Shown here one piece after another: positions 49,427 to 60,799 of a stretch of 64,000 nucleotides of DNA. Below the pieces are notes generated by a model that had not been told where the DNA came from, did not search any database, and was given only the letters and a program-made list of their open reading frames with translations. Made by a program: the position numbers and the translations under genes. The first letter of the stretch is position 1; each line of letters begins with the position of its first letter. Origin of the DNA: Octopus sinensis (taxonomy: Eukaryota); assembly GCF_006345805.1 (NCBI RefSeq), contig NC_042999.1:12152001-12216000 (forward strand), written 5' to 3'.

Positions 49427-52250
49427 GGGCAAATCGAAGTGAAGTTGATACCCCCGTCAACGATGCTATCTCTGATGCCCTTTATTCTGCTTGTTCCCCA
49501 ACTCCCGCCCCTCAGACTTCGCAGCTCAGCATCGTCTACACCAACTCGTGCTCCTTATTCCCAAAGTTCAGTGAACTATTTACACTGGCCCTACGCGACT
49601 CCCCTGATGTGATAGCTATCACCGAGACTTGGCTGACTCCAGCAGTAAAGGACTCAGAGATCCACCTGCAGGGCTACGTCCTTTTCAGATGTGACAGAGG
49701 AAAAAGGCGAGGTGGAGGTGTTGCTGTGTATGTTAAGTCTGAGCACAAACCGTCCTGCGGTATTCTACCCACAAATGCTCAACCTACAACCAAATTCGAT
49801 GCTGTCTATTGCAAGCTGAGCCTATCTGAGTTTTGCCTGCCCGTGTTGGCTGTCTACAGGACGATGCTCATCTACTCGAAGCGATAAGATTCGTTTCAGC
49901 TTCGCATGACTGCTTGGTACTAGGCGACTTCAACGCTCCCACGATCGATTGGCCCGCATCAATTTGTACAACATCTTCCCGGTTCGGCCAGGCCCTTCTT
50001 GACGTGGCTGAAGATTGTTTTCTATCGCAACATGTTGAATATCCGACAAGGCATCGGTCTGGGCAGCAGCCATCTATGCTAGATCTGGTATTCTCCTGCT
50101 ATCCAAGATCAGTGTCAGACGTATCGGTGTGCGCCCCTCTTGCCAAGAGTGATCATGCGGTCCTGAAGTTCGTCATGCACACAACTTTTTCCACGCCCAC
50201 GATTACTTCGCTGCCACGTAGAGTCTTCTCTGCAATTAATCTTGAAATTCTAACCGAGGCTTCCGCGCTTCTGGACTGGCGTTCCCTGATGACGTCCTCA
50301 GTTGACGAACTATGGTCGTCCCTCAAAGCATATGTAATCTGTTTGACTGACCAGGCAGTTCCCGTTGGACTTCCCAAGAGGAAGAAACACAAGCCCTGGG
50401 TGACGAAGAAGGTTAAACGAGAACGTCGACTCAGAGATATTGCTTGGGCTGAATTCAAAAATCTGGATTCGACTGCAGCTTTTGAGGTGTACAAAACTCA
50501 ACGAGACCGAGCCGTGAAAATTGAAAAGAAAGAACGCTTCAGTTATGAATACAAAATCGCGGCAAATGCCAGTAGCAATCCAAAAACCTTCTTTGCCCAT
50601 GTCCAGCGGAATTCCCGCTTGAACAACCAGATTGCAACGTTGGTAGACTCAACAGGCGTATCGATTGAGGACCCTTATCAACAGAATCAATTATTTGCCA
50701 AGGCTTTTTCAACTATTTTCAAACAAGATGATGGTCGTGAACCCCCTCCATTTGATAGATCGGTACCTCCAATGCTTCGATTGATCATCACGTGGGACCA
50801 AGTCAAACGTGTTATTCAAGGCCTCGATGTCAACAAGGGTCACGGCCCTGACGGCATACACCCACGGGTTATCAAAGCGTTGGCTCCGGTCATCTGCGAG
50901 CCCTTAACACGACTATTCAATATGTCATTGGCGACGGGTGTTATACCTGCAGACTGGAGAACAGCGATAATCTGCCCAATTTTCAAGAAAGGGAGCCGCG
51001 AAGACCCGCTTAACTACCGACCGGTTTCCCTTACATCAATAATCAGCAAGATGTTCGAAACCATCCTTAAGAAAAGTATGATGCTCCACCTCCTAAACAC
51101 AGCCTCGATCACTGATTCCCAACACGGCTTCGTGCCGAAGAGATCATGCTTGTCCAACTTACTAGTAATGGAAGAATTGGTGACGCGCATCCTCGATGAT
51201 AGTGATGCTGTTGACATCGTTTTATTGGACTTTGCCAAAGCTTTTGACTCGGTAAACCACCGCCTACTACTTGTCAAGCTTCAAGCATATAGTTTCCATC
51301 CGGATATTGTACGATGGGTTGGTGCCTTCCTCTCAGATCGCTCTTTCCAAGTTCAAGTTAATGGTTCGCGGTCCGACGTCTCCAGTGCGAGCAGTGGCGT
51401 GCCTCAAGGTTCAGTGCTTGGGCCCTTGTTGTTCTTAGTCTTCATAAATGACTTGCCCGACGACCTCACGCAACACACCCTTCTATTTGCCGACGATATC
51501 AAACTGGTCGCTCCTCGCGGTAGTATAGAGGATCTTCGTCGATGCCTCCACCAAATTTGGAAGTGGTCTAACGATTGGGACCTGTGTCTGAACGTGTCAA
51601 AGTGCTGTCGGCTCTACTCCTGCAACTCAACTTGATTTTGAGCCGATCAGGTAAAGGACCTGGGTATCTTGGTGGATTCCTCCTTTTCGCCTTCGGCCCA
51701 GTGCGTCCATGCTGCCAACAAAGCGCGCGGAATTCTGTTTTTGATTCGATGGTCATTCGGAATGCTCACAGCAGCCATATTCCTGCCACTCTATGTCACG
51801 CTGGTGAGACCCATATTGGAGTATGGGATTCAAGCCTCTTCTCCTTATCTCCTCAAAGACATACAGCACCTCGAAAGAGTCCAGAGGCTGGCTACCCGCA
51901 TGGTTCATGGTCTCAAAAATTTGTCCTACGAAGAAAGGCTGAGGACGCTCGACCTTTGTTCTCTTGAAAAACGCCGCCGCCGTGGTGATCTCATTCTCGC
52001 CCACAACATCATGAGCAGGAAGTGTAACCTCTCGAAAGAGCTGTTCTTCACTCCTGCTCCGGAGCGTCGGCTGCGGGGTCATTCCGAAAAGCTCTACCTG
52101 CGACGATTTCATCTCAATCGAAGGAGAGGAGCTTTCTCCGTCCGGGTTGCGGATCCGTGGAACAAGCTGCCAGACGAGATGGTGAAGATGCCGACGACCG
52201 CTTTGTTCAAAGCCTCCCTGGACCTCAAGTGGCCTGAACTCTTTACATGA
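49423..52250 (+). pseudogene. LINE ORF2 (APE + RT) broken by two short frameshifting deletions
   Basis: YTNSCSL, DVIAITETWL, DRGKRRGGGVAVYV, frameshift near 49860, LGDFNAPTIDW, LDLVF, SDH, GHGPDGI, NYRPVSLTS, LDFAKAFDSV, PQGSVLGPLLF, FADD, frameshift near 51610-51660, VRPILEY...WNKLP. Confidence 0.9.
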
Positions 52251-52321
52251 ACACCACCCTGTACTTAACTCCATGTCCCCCTACATGGCCTTGCTATTTG
52301 CTTTTGAGCCAAACTAACTAA

Positions 52322-54575
52322 CATACAGACACAATTCTCTCCTAAGGCATCACTATGTTCTCTCACTGTTTTGCAATCCAAATTATACTTCTTTGCTGCT
52401 TCTTGCTCGGGTGGATATACCTGTCTCTTAGCAGTCTGATTCAGTTCCCTGCTACCCCCATTCTTCCAGGACTGTTTCTTAACTCTAATGGCCCTGTCTA
52501 CCAAATCATTCATTCACAATTACCCTAGGTTTGGATGGGACTTCCAGCCAGATTTAGTCTGTAGCAAGTTGTCCCTCGGGAATCCTTAATTGTCCTTCAT
52601 GCCACAAGTTTGTAGCTCCCTGTCCCTTTCATTGAATCTCAGGATATCCCTAAATCTCTGACCATATGAAGAGTCTTTAGGTTTCTAAATCCTTCTTTTC
52701 CAGATTGGTTTATGTCTTGGCATCTTTCTGGCCTTCAGAAAATTGTGATGCCTTAGAAGAGAATTGTGTCTGTACGGTTGATGCTGTACTTGTATGTAAT
52801 GATTCTGCAAAGAAAGAGGCTTGGAGATGTCATTATGAAAGACTGCTGAACGGAGGGAGGAGAGTCTGCCAAATGTTGACCCAATTGATGGATCAGCTAC
52901 CCGGACTGACAGTAACTTGGTAGATAAAGCGATTAGGGATATGAAGACAGGGAAAGCCCCTGGTCCATCAGGAATCACCACTCTGATGCTGAAAATATCT
53001 GGCAGTGTGGGTTATGGTCTAGTCACTTGTATTGTAAATCAGGTGGTTTGTGAAGGAGTCATACCCAATGACTGGTGTAGCAGTACCATAGTCAACTGCA
53101 GTGATGCCTTAGAAATGATTACAGAGGTATCAAATTGCTAGGTCAGGTGATGAAAGTCACGGAGAGGGTCATAGCTCAAGGAGAGGTTAGATTGCATGCT
53201 GTTTGGTTTTGTGCCAGAGAGAAGCACCACTGATGCGATATTTCTGCCAAGACAGCTGCAGGAGAAATACCTAGCCAACGATAAACCTCTGTACTTGGCC
53301 TTTCTTGACTTGGAGAAAACCTTTGATAGGGTCCCCTGAACCCTTATCTGGTGGTCAATTTGGGAACTAGGGATAGACGAGTGTTCGGGGAGAGCTTTAC
53401 AAGCTATGTACAGGGATGCTACCAGTAAGATGAGGGTTGCCAATTAGTACAGCAAAGAATTTGGGGTTCACTAAGGATCAGTACTCAGCTTCCCCCCCCC
53501 CCCTGTTCATCATAGTCCTCCAGGCAACAACAGGGATTAAAGATATACTGATGACTACCAGTTCCAGGTATGGAAGGAAGGTCTAGAATTAAAGAGCCTA
53601 CCAAAGAACCAGTCATAGTAAGTAGGAAGGCAGACAAATAGCAAATCCCTTCAGGTAGATGACCTTGTACACCGTGTAGAAAAGGTGTAGGCAGAAACTC
53701 CGTAAGGTGCAATGCACAGGTACAATAGATGCTGGAAAAGGACACTGAATTGATTGCCGAGAGGAGTGGGGGGGGGAGCTAGAGGTGGATAGCTTCTGTT
53801 ATCTAGGTGACCAGGTTAGTAATGGCTGTGGATTCTGTGAGTATAAGATTAGGATGGACAAAGTTCAGAGAGCTCTTACCCCTTCTGGCAAGAAAGGGCC
53901 TCTCACAGTGAAAGGCAGATTGTATGATGCCTGTGTGCAAACAGCTATGTTGCATGGCAGTGAAACTTGGGTTGTGACAGCCGACAATGTAGGCTTGAAA
54001 GAAAGGGAGCCAATATGCTTCACTAGATGTGACAGTGTAAGCATCTTGAGAGAAAAGTTAGGCATAAAAGGAATCAGACGTGTACAAGAGGTAACTGCAC
54101 TGGTATGGTCATGTGATGTAAATTGATGACTGGTGTGTAAAGAAGTGCCGATCTCTGCTGCGGTAGAGGTAGTCCCAGGAAGACAAAACAAGGTGATGAA
54201 GGACGATCTTCAAAGTTTGAGCCTCAAGCGAAGTTCACCCATGCTGGTGGCATGTAAAGAACACTGAGTGTTCGTCTCATGGAGGCAAAGTGGCTGAGTT
54301 CTTTTCAAGCATTAAGCCCCACAGAAGCAATGACCTTGGCATTATGTTGTGCTTGAGAAGTACCATCTAATCGAGCAAAATTACAATCGTGGCAGATACT
54401 GGTGTTGCGTAAAAGCACCCCAGTGTTACACAAATGGCACCCTTGCTGGGGACACATAAATGCACTCAGTGTTTGGCATTAGGAAGGGCATCCAGCCATA
54501 GAAACCATACCAAATCAGACTGCAGGCCAAGTCAAACACATTATAGCATGGACAACCGACGTTAAATGCTGATGA
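52322..54575 (+). mobile_element. RTE-clade LINE, decayed, with an inverted 5' segment (52322-52735 on - strand)
   Basis: - strand: KPIWKRRI, GQRFRDIL, VDRAIRVKKQSWKNGG. + strand: KKEAWRCHYERLLN, GKAPGPSG, FLDLEKTFDRVP, Cys-rich insert, DSFCYLGD, GRLYDACVQTAMLHGSETW. 3' tail (ggaagggcatccag...gacgttaaatgctgatga) is shared with the abundant SINE-like repeats. Confidence 0.88.
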
Positions 54576-56189
54576 ATTGGAAATGAATGACACTGCTTTT
54601 ATGATAGATCACAATGCTATGTCAGGTAGACTTGTGCTCTTGGCTTCTTCCAATTTCCACCCACAAGGCTTAATTAAGCCAGTTTAGGGTTATAGGTGAA
54701 GCCCATCATGCTATGCATTAATCTCAAAACCACATGGTTTGGGGGTCTCTTTAATACCTCTTTCCAGAATTGTAGGAATATCCTAAAGTCGCATTTGTTC
54801 ACCCGTGCTCTTATTGCCTTGTTTTATTTCTTAAAGTATAAATGGTAGCTTCACTGGGTCTATGGTATGCGCTTGTTTTGAGCTGATCAATGAAATTAAA
54901 ATTTCATGTTCTATATATCAGCTTAAGAATGGCAGTTACTTTATGATATTCATTATTTTTGAAATTAACAAAGATATGCTGACAAAGGGTTCTTAAATGA
55001 GTTGTGATAGGCAGAGGAGACAAACTTGTTGACTTCTTCCATATTCAGTGCTGAAGGGAGGGAGAGAGAATACTGCTCCAGTTTTAGCTAAACAGTTATG
55101 AGTTTTATCTCGAGTTTCACTCCTTCTGCTTCAAATTAGAGACTTGACCATAACTTGGTATTGGAATCAGTACAGAGCTCACCTCCCTACATCACCATTT
55201 AATGTATCCTTCATGCTCAGATGGTTTGACAGGATCCAACAAGTCAGGGGAGTGCACCAAAATCTATTTTGGCATGGTTTCTATGGCAGGCTGTCCTTTC
55301 TAACACCAACCACTTCACAAAGTGTACTGAGTGACACCAGCACCAGTGAAGTTGCAAGACAGAGAGCCCTTTGAGCGGAGTTATAGTAGAAGTGGGGGAG
55401 ATGATATTATATCGGGTGTTGAGAAGCTAAAGCATAGAGGCTCACAAGATTTTTGCTATAAAGGAGATACATGGCTACCTTACCTAAAGAAGAGACATTG
55501 AAATGAAAAGTGATTAAGAGGCATCTCATTACTAAGTTATTGATTTGGTTTCACTAAGTAAAACTCATTAAAAAGAAGCTGTTTAGAATGTTGAGTCATA
55601 ATCCCAAGTTTAGTGGTATGTTTTGTTCCTTTAGCAAGGAACTTCATTTCATATCACTCTTCTCAACTTGACTGAAAACGAATGCTTTCTCTCCCAGTTG
55701 TCATATCCTTGAGATTTCACCAAGTCAAGATTGGGGCAAAGCAAAGTGTCTGCAACCAGCATGGATATTTAAAAAAAATCTTTTTGCTTGTTTTAATATA
55801 AATATCACATACGTCTCTTAAAACAAAAAGCAAGTCTAATGGAGGTGATAATCCTCATATATGATCCATGCTGGCATGGGTTGGACTGTTTGACAAGATG
55901 CAACACGTCCAAGGACTTCATGCTTCAATGTTTATTTTGACATCATTTCTAAGGATGCTGTTCCTAACACCAACCACTTTACAGCCTGTATTGGGTACTT
56001 GTTTTGTGCCACCAGTATTAATGAAGTCGCAGTGCGCCCTTGCAAGACCAAAAATCCTAGGCTGGTGGCTTTATGATGGGAAATGGAAGGAAAGGGCCAG
56101 AGTAGAATAGATTTGTTGCTATTGAGGAGCTACATGACAACTTACATTTCAGAAGAGAGGATGTAAGTGAACATGTGGTGAGTATATTG

Positions 56190-58700
56190 ATCCTCATCCT
56201 ATTTACCCAGACAGCACAACCAACTCCTCAGCATTCCAAATATAATTAAGCACCCCAACAATTCATTCCAATGAAGAAACCCTAATCACATGCTCCCAAC
56301 CAGATTATCCAAGCAGCAATCCCAATATAATAAGTACTAATAATACTGATTTAATTAATAACAATAATAACTTCTACCAACCAAATTACAATAAACATTT
56401 TTTAGACCAAGTGGAGAGAAACGGACACACAAAACAAAATGTACAGGAGAAACCCAAAGTAATTAACTAATCAAAGTAGACTATAACAAAAATTAATTTA
56501 CTAGCCAAACGTTTAAAGTTTACTCCAACTCCACAAAGATCTAACCATAATGAAATTAAAGACAATATTTCGAAATTCTGCAGAAATCTATGACTCGCAG
56601 AAGATGAATCACTAGTCAAAAACAGAAGTAATTACCTTCCACTAAGGGTAGGAATAAAACACTGGATGACTACTGCAACCATATCCAAAATTTCCCCTAC
56701 ACATCCATTAAACGAAAAATTAATCCTAACCTCAACAATCTAGAATGGAAAAATCTGACTGAACTAAAAAAACCACACAGACCTGACAAAGAAGCTGACA
56801 AAGGAAGTGCTGTAGTTCTGATGGACACAGAACACTATAAAAAACTAGTACTTTCCATATTAGAAAACGAGGCCTTCTACGAAAAAATTATTAACTATAA
56901 ACAACAAAAAACAATAAAAAATCTTGCATCCTTAATTCTTCTACATGGAAAAGGCCTGACAGAAAAAGAAACAGACTGTATCACGAACTTCAAATGTAAA
57001 CCCAGTCTTTTTTATGGCCTCCCTAAAATACACAAGAGCAAGATAATCAATGAAGCCTGCAAACAATCTCCAGGCAAATATATAAACATCCAAATGCCAG
57101 AAGACTTGACTTTTAAGACCCATTGTAGCTGGGCCAGCCTGTGAAACCCACCGACTGAGCAATTTTCTAGACATCCTACTGAAACCCTTGCTGAAATACA
57201 TCAAAAGTTTCATTAGAGATGATTTAGACATGCTAGAACACCTACCAAAAACGATTAATGAAGAGGCAGTATTGGTCACCCTCAATGTTATCAATCTTTA
57301 CACTAACATCCCTCATGACTATGGAATAAAAGCAATTCTGGTCGGAAAAGTACCCCAAAGCTCTCCCGGAATGCATAAATCAGATCTTTATTATTGAATC
57401 CTTAAAATTTATACTTCAGAACAATTATTTTCTACTGGATGACACATACTATCGTCAGAAATTGCGGAATTGCGATGGGAACAAAAGCAGCCCCTGTTCT
57501 TGCGAACCTAATAATGGGTTATTTTGAATCCACTTTATATGAAGTATCACTTCAGAAATATGATTACCCATTTTACCTGCACATAAGAGAAAATTGGAAA
57601 AGATACCTGGATGACTGTTTTATCATTTGGAAGGAGAACATCGACAAACTTTTGGATTTCAAATCAACACTAAATGACATCAATTCACAATGGAATATAA
57701 CAAAGAACAACTTCCATTTTTAGACATCATGATAAAAAAAAAAGTTAACAATGAAATCATAACTGACATTTATTATAAACCAACTGACTCAAAACAATAT
57801 TTCCTCTTTAACTCATAGCACCCGAAACACATAAAAATAAACATCCCTTTTAACTTAGCAAAAAGGATTTGCGCAATAGTGTCTGATAGAACAACTCAGG
57901 ACCTTCGTCTTCAAGACCTCAAAACAACACTTACTGAAAGACAATATCCACCCTCACTTATCGACGAGGGAATTAAACGTGCCAAACAATTAGACACAAA
58001 AACACTAAGAACAACAAAACATAACACCACACCTCAAACCAAAACATTACTTTTTATATCAACACACAATCCCAGAAACAGTGAGGCATACAACACTATT
58101 GTGCAAACTCTTCCTTTACTAACTAGAGATCCAAAAATGAACGACATCCTGAAAACACACAAACTCATCAAATGCTAAAGGCAACACAAATCGTTAAAGA
58201 GACTACTAATAAATGCAAAGCTTTACAAAACAACCACGAAACCAACGGTTGAAAAATGTGGACGCCCAAACTGTGGAACCTGCCCCAACCTACTTGAAGG
58301 CTCAGATTTCCTTTTCAAACAAGGACAGAGGTTCACAATGAAAACTAGTTTCACTTGTGTCTCTGACAACCTAATTTATGTAATAACCTGCTCAGGTTGC
58401 GGACACAGCTATATTGGACAGGCGAGTATGCCATTGAGAAAGAGAACCACTCTACATAAAGAGCATATCCGTTTCCCACAATACAGGCAAATTCTTCTCT
58501 GTGAACATATAGAAAAATGTGCAGATAACATCAAACCAAATTTCACAGTCTTCCCCTTCTACCAGTGCAAATACACAACCTCTCCATAAGTACGTTTAAA
58601 TAAACTTTTTTCATTGAAAAATACAGAACACGTCTTAATATGTACGCAAAACCAACTTTTATCTTTTTACATATTTCAATTCACAATTACATCACTGTAC
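56190..58700 (+). mobile_element. Penelope-like element (RT + GIY-YIG endonuclease), multiply frameshifted
   Basis: KRLKFTPTP, KEADKGSAVVLMD, FYGLPKIHK, RPIVAG, NLYTNIPH, GIAMGTKAAPVLANL, WKRYLDD, TDIYYKPTD, then CGRPNCGTC...NLIYVITCSGCGHSYIGQ (GIY-YIG). Confidence 0.92.
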
Positions 58701-58899
58701 ATAGATCCCCTCAATAAACAAGTTTATCGAAACCTTTTTTTGTCTGTATATGGACGGTGCTGAATCATATCTGCTGAATAAAAAGCAATCAGTGTTTTCT
58801 TTTCATTAAAAAATAATTAAGCATGCCTTTATTTCAATAAAATTTTTGGTTTTGTTAAACAAAATTAAGGCAAAAAAAAAAACTTCTTGAGAAACCAAA

Positions 58900-59265
58900 T
58901 AGTCTTTCCTTACTTCATGCCAAGTTTGAAGAAAATATCTCTTTTGCATCTAACTTTTTTGATCTCTTAAATATACTGCATTTTGTGGCATTATTTCAAG
59001 CCAGCTGGCTTTTTTTGCGTAAACTGCATGTGCATTTTTCTCGTGTACGTGTAGTATTGAGTGCAACAGCTGTACTTGCACGTTCCCATGGCTTTATCAA
59101 TCGCATTCTCACCTGAAATCGATTTTTGTAATTTTTTCAAGACTTATACATACCCTGATACTGTCAGTATCTACATATGAAATTTGAGTGCAATCGGATG
59201 GAGGATGCCCGAGATCCTAGAAGACACACACACAGACAGACAGAACGGATTTTATATAATAGATG
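58900..59265 (+). mobile_element. Possible non-autonomous Helitron/Helentron-like element end
   Basis: atgaaatttgagtgcaatcgga...gagatc followed by (CA)n(CAGA)n and ttttatataatagat, the layout typical of DINE-1/Lep1-like elements. No coding evidence. Confidence 0.35.
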
Positions 59266-59877
59266 TATTATGCAGATATATGTAAATATAAGTGTGTGCG
59301 TATGTATTATACATGAATGCACATATAGCATGTGTGTATATGTATGTATAAAGAAGAAAAATAAGATTAGCTAAATCCAGATGACTACCTTGTTAAGTAC
59401 TCCATGTTACAAATCTGTCCAACAGAACGTCTGATAAGACTATTGTAATCTTTATAGGTTATTTATACAATGTGACAGATGCAACCTAAATTTGAAACTA
59501 ATAATCAATTGATTGATTGGTGTATTGATTGCAGAATATAAAAGTAATTGAATGAAGAATTATATTCATATGATATAATTTACACATTTACATTTGATCA
59601 TTTCCAATGATTTAATGAGCTGCATTCACTACATACTATTATTTGCAGCCTCAATTAATCAGTCAATCCATCAATTTATGGAATAGTCGTCTCCTGACCC
59701 ATTCTTGTTTGACTTTAAAAGTAACTGTTGAATTTTCTTCAGACAGACTTAGTGGAAGGGTGTTGGATTTCCTTTTATTATCTTTTATCCATCCACTATG
59801 GTGAGTTCATGTTCCTGGGAGGCATTGATGTAATCAAATGCTGGTGAAGTTAATTCTGTGAGAAAAACTTTTAGGAA

Positions 59878-60270
59878 TCATCATCATCATCATCATCATC
59901 ATTTAGCGTCCGTTTTCCATGCTAGCATGGGTTGGACGGTTTAACTGGGGTCTGTGAAGCCAGAAGGCTTCATCAGGCCCAGTCAGATTTGGCAGTGTTT
60001 CTACGGCTGGATGCCCTTCCTAACGCCAACCACTCTGTGAGTGTAGTGGGTGCTTTTTACGTGCCACCTGCACAGGTGCCAGACAGAGCTGGCAAACGGC
60101 CACGAACAGATGGTGCTTTTATGTGCTACTGGCACGGGGGCCAGGCGAGGCTGGCAACGGACACGAACGGATGGTGCTTTTACGTGCTACTGGCACGGGG
60201 GCCAGTTGAGGCTGGCAACGGACATGAACGGATGGTGCTTTTACATGCTACCGGCATGGGGGCCAAGACT
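59878..60270 (-). mobile_element. Abundant RTE-tailed retroposon (SINE or RTE 3' end) with an internal 61-bp VNTR
   Basis: (ATC)n tail + tttagcgtccgttttccatgctagcatgggttggac...ggatgcccttcctaacgccaacc. Units tggtgcttttacgtgctactggcacggggcc... recur at 60111, 60172 and 60233. Confidence 0.85.
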
Positions 60271-60799
60271 GTTTAATGATGATATTAATTTATCCATTTA
60301 AGGAGAACAAAGTTAAAGCATCTTGGTTAGCTGAAGGTTTTACAGCCAGACACCTTTACATGATGCTAACCTGTACATGTTTGCAAGTAGGGGTCTTTTT
60401 ACTCCATACACCCTTAAAAGTGAAGAACTTGCACACGATATATATATTGAGGGGTACACTTTGATGTGATACACTTTACCAGAACTCTTTGACTCAGATC
60501 TCATAAAATATTCCATTTGGCAATTCTTGTTATATTAACTGTGTCATCACAGCAAGAACAGACTTCGATTGTTATGGAGGACGGTCATACAGTGCCACTG
60601 CTTCCTTTCGTTTTCACTTCTTTACTCTTCTCTATTCTCTTCTCTATTCTCTTCTTCTCTTCTCCACCAACCCCCAGTTTATTCAGTCTTCAATGTTAGT
60701 CCAATGCTTTTAACCATTTGTAGCACGAAATCTTGCTTCTGCAAAATATCACTAATTTTCTTACATTTTCCTGTTTTATAATTTTATCATTATTATTAT

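Larger units (their letters stand above)
48055..52320 (+). mobile_element. Near full-length two-ORF CR1-type LINE
   Basis: About 220-bp 5'UTR, ORF1, ORF2 (APE+RT), short 3'UTR, (AACT)n tail at 52312-52320, candidate 6-bp TSD ACATAC at 48049-48054 and 52321-52326. Confidence 0.93.

Noticed and set aside
60048-60268. 61-bp repeats as a CRISPR-like array
   Set aside because: Eukaryotic context, no unique spacers, and embedded in a retroposon.
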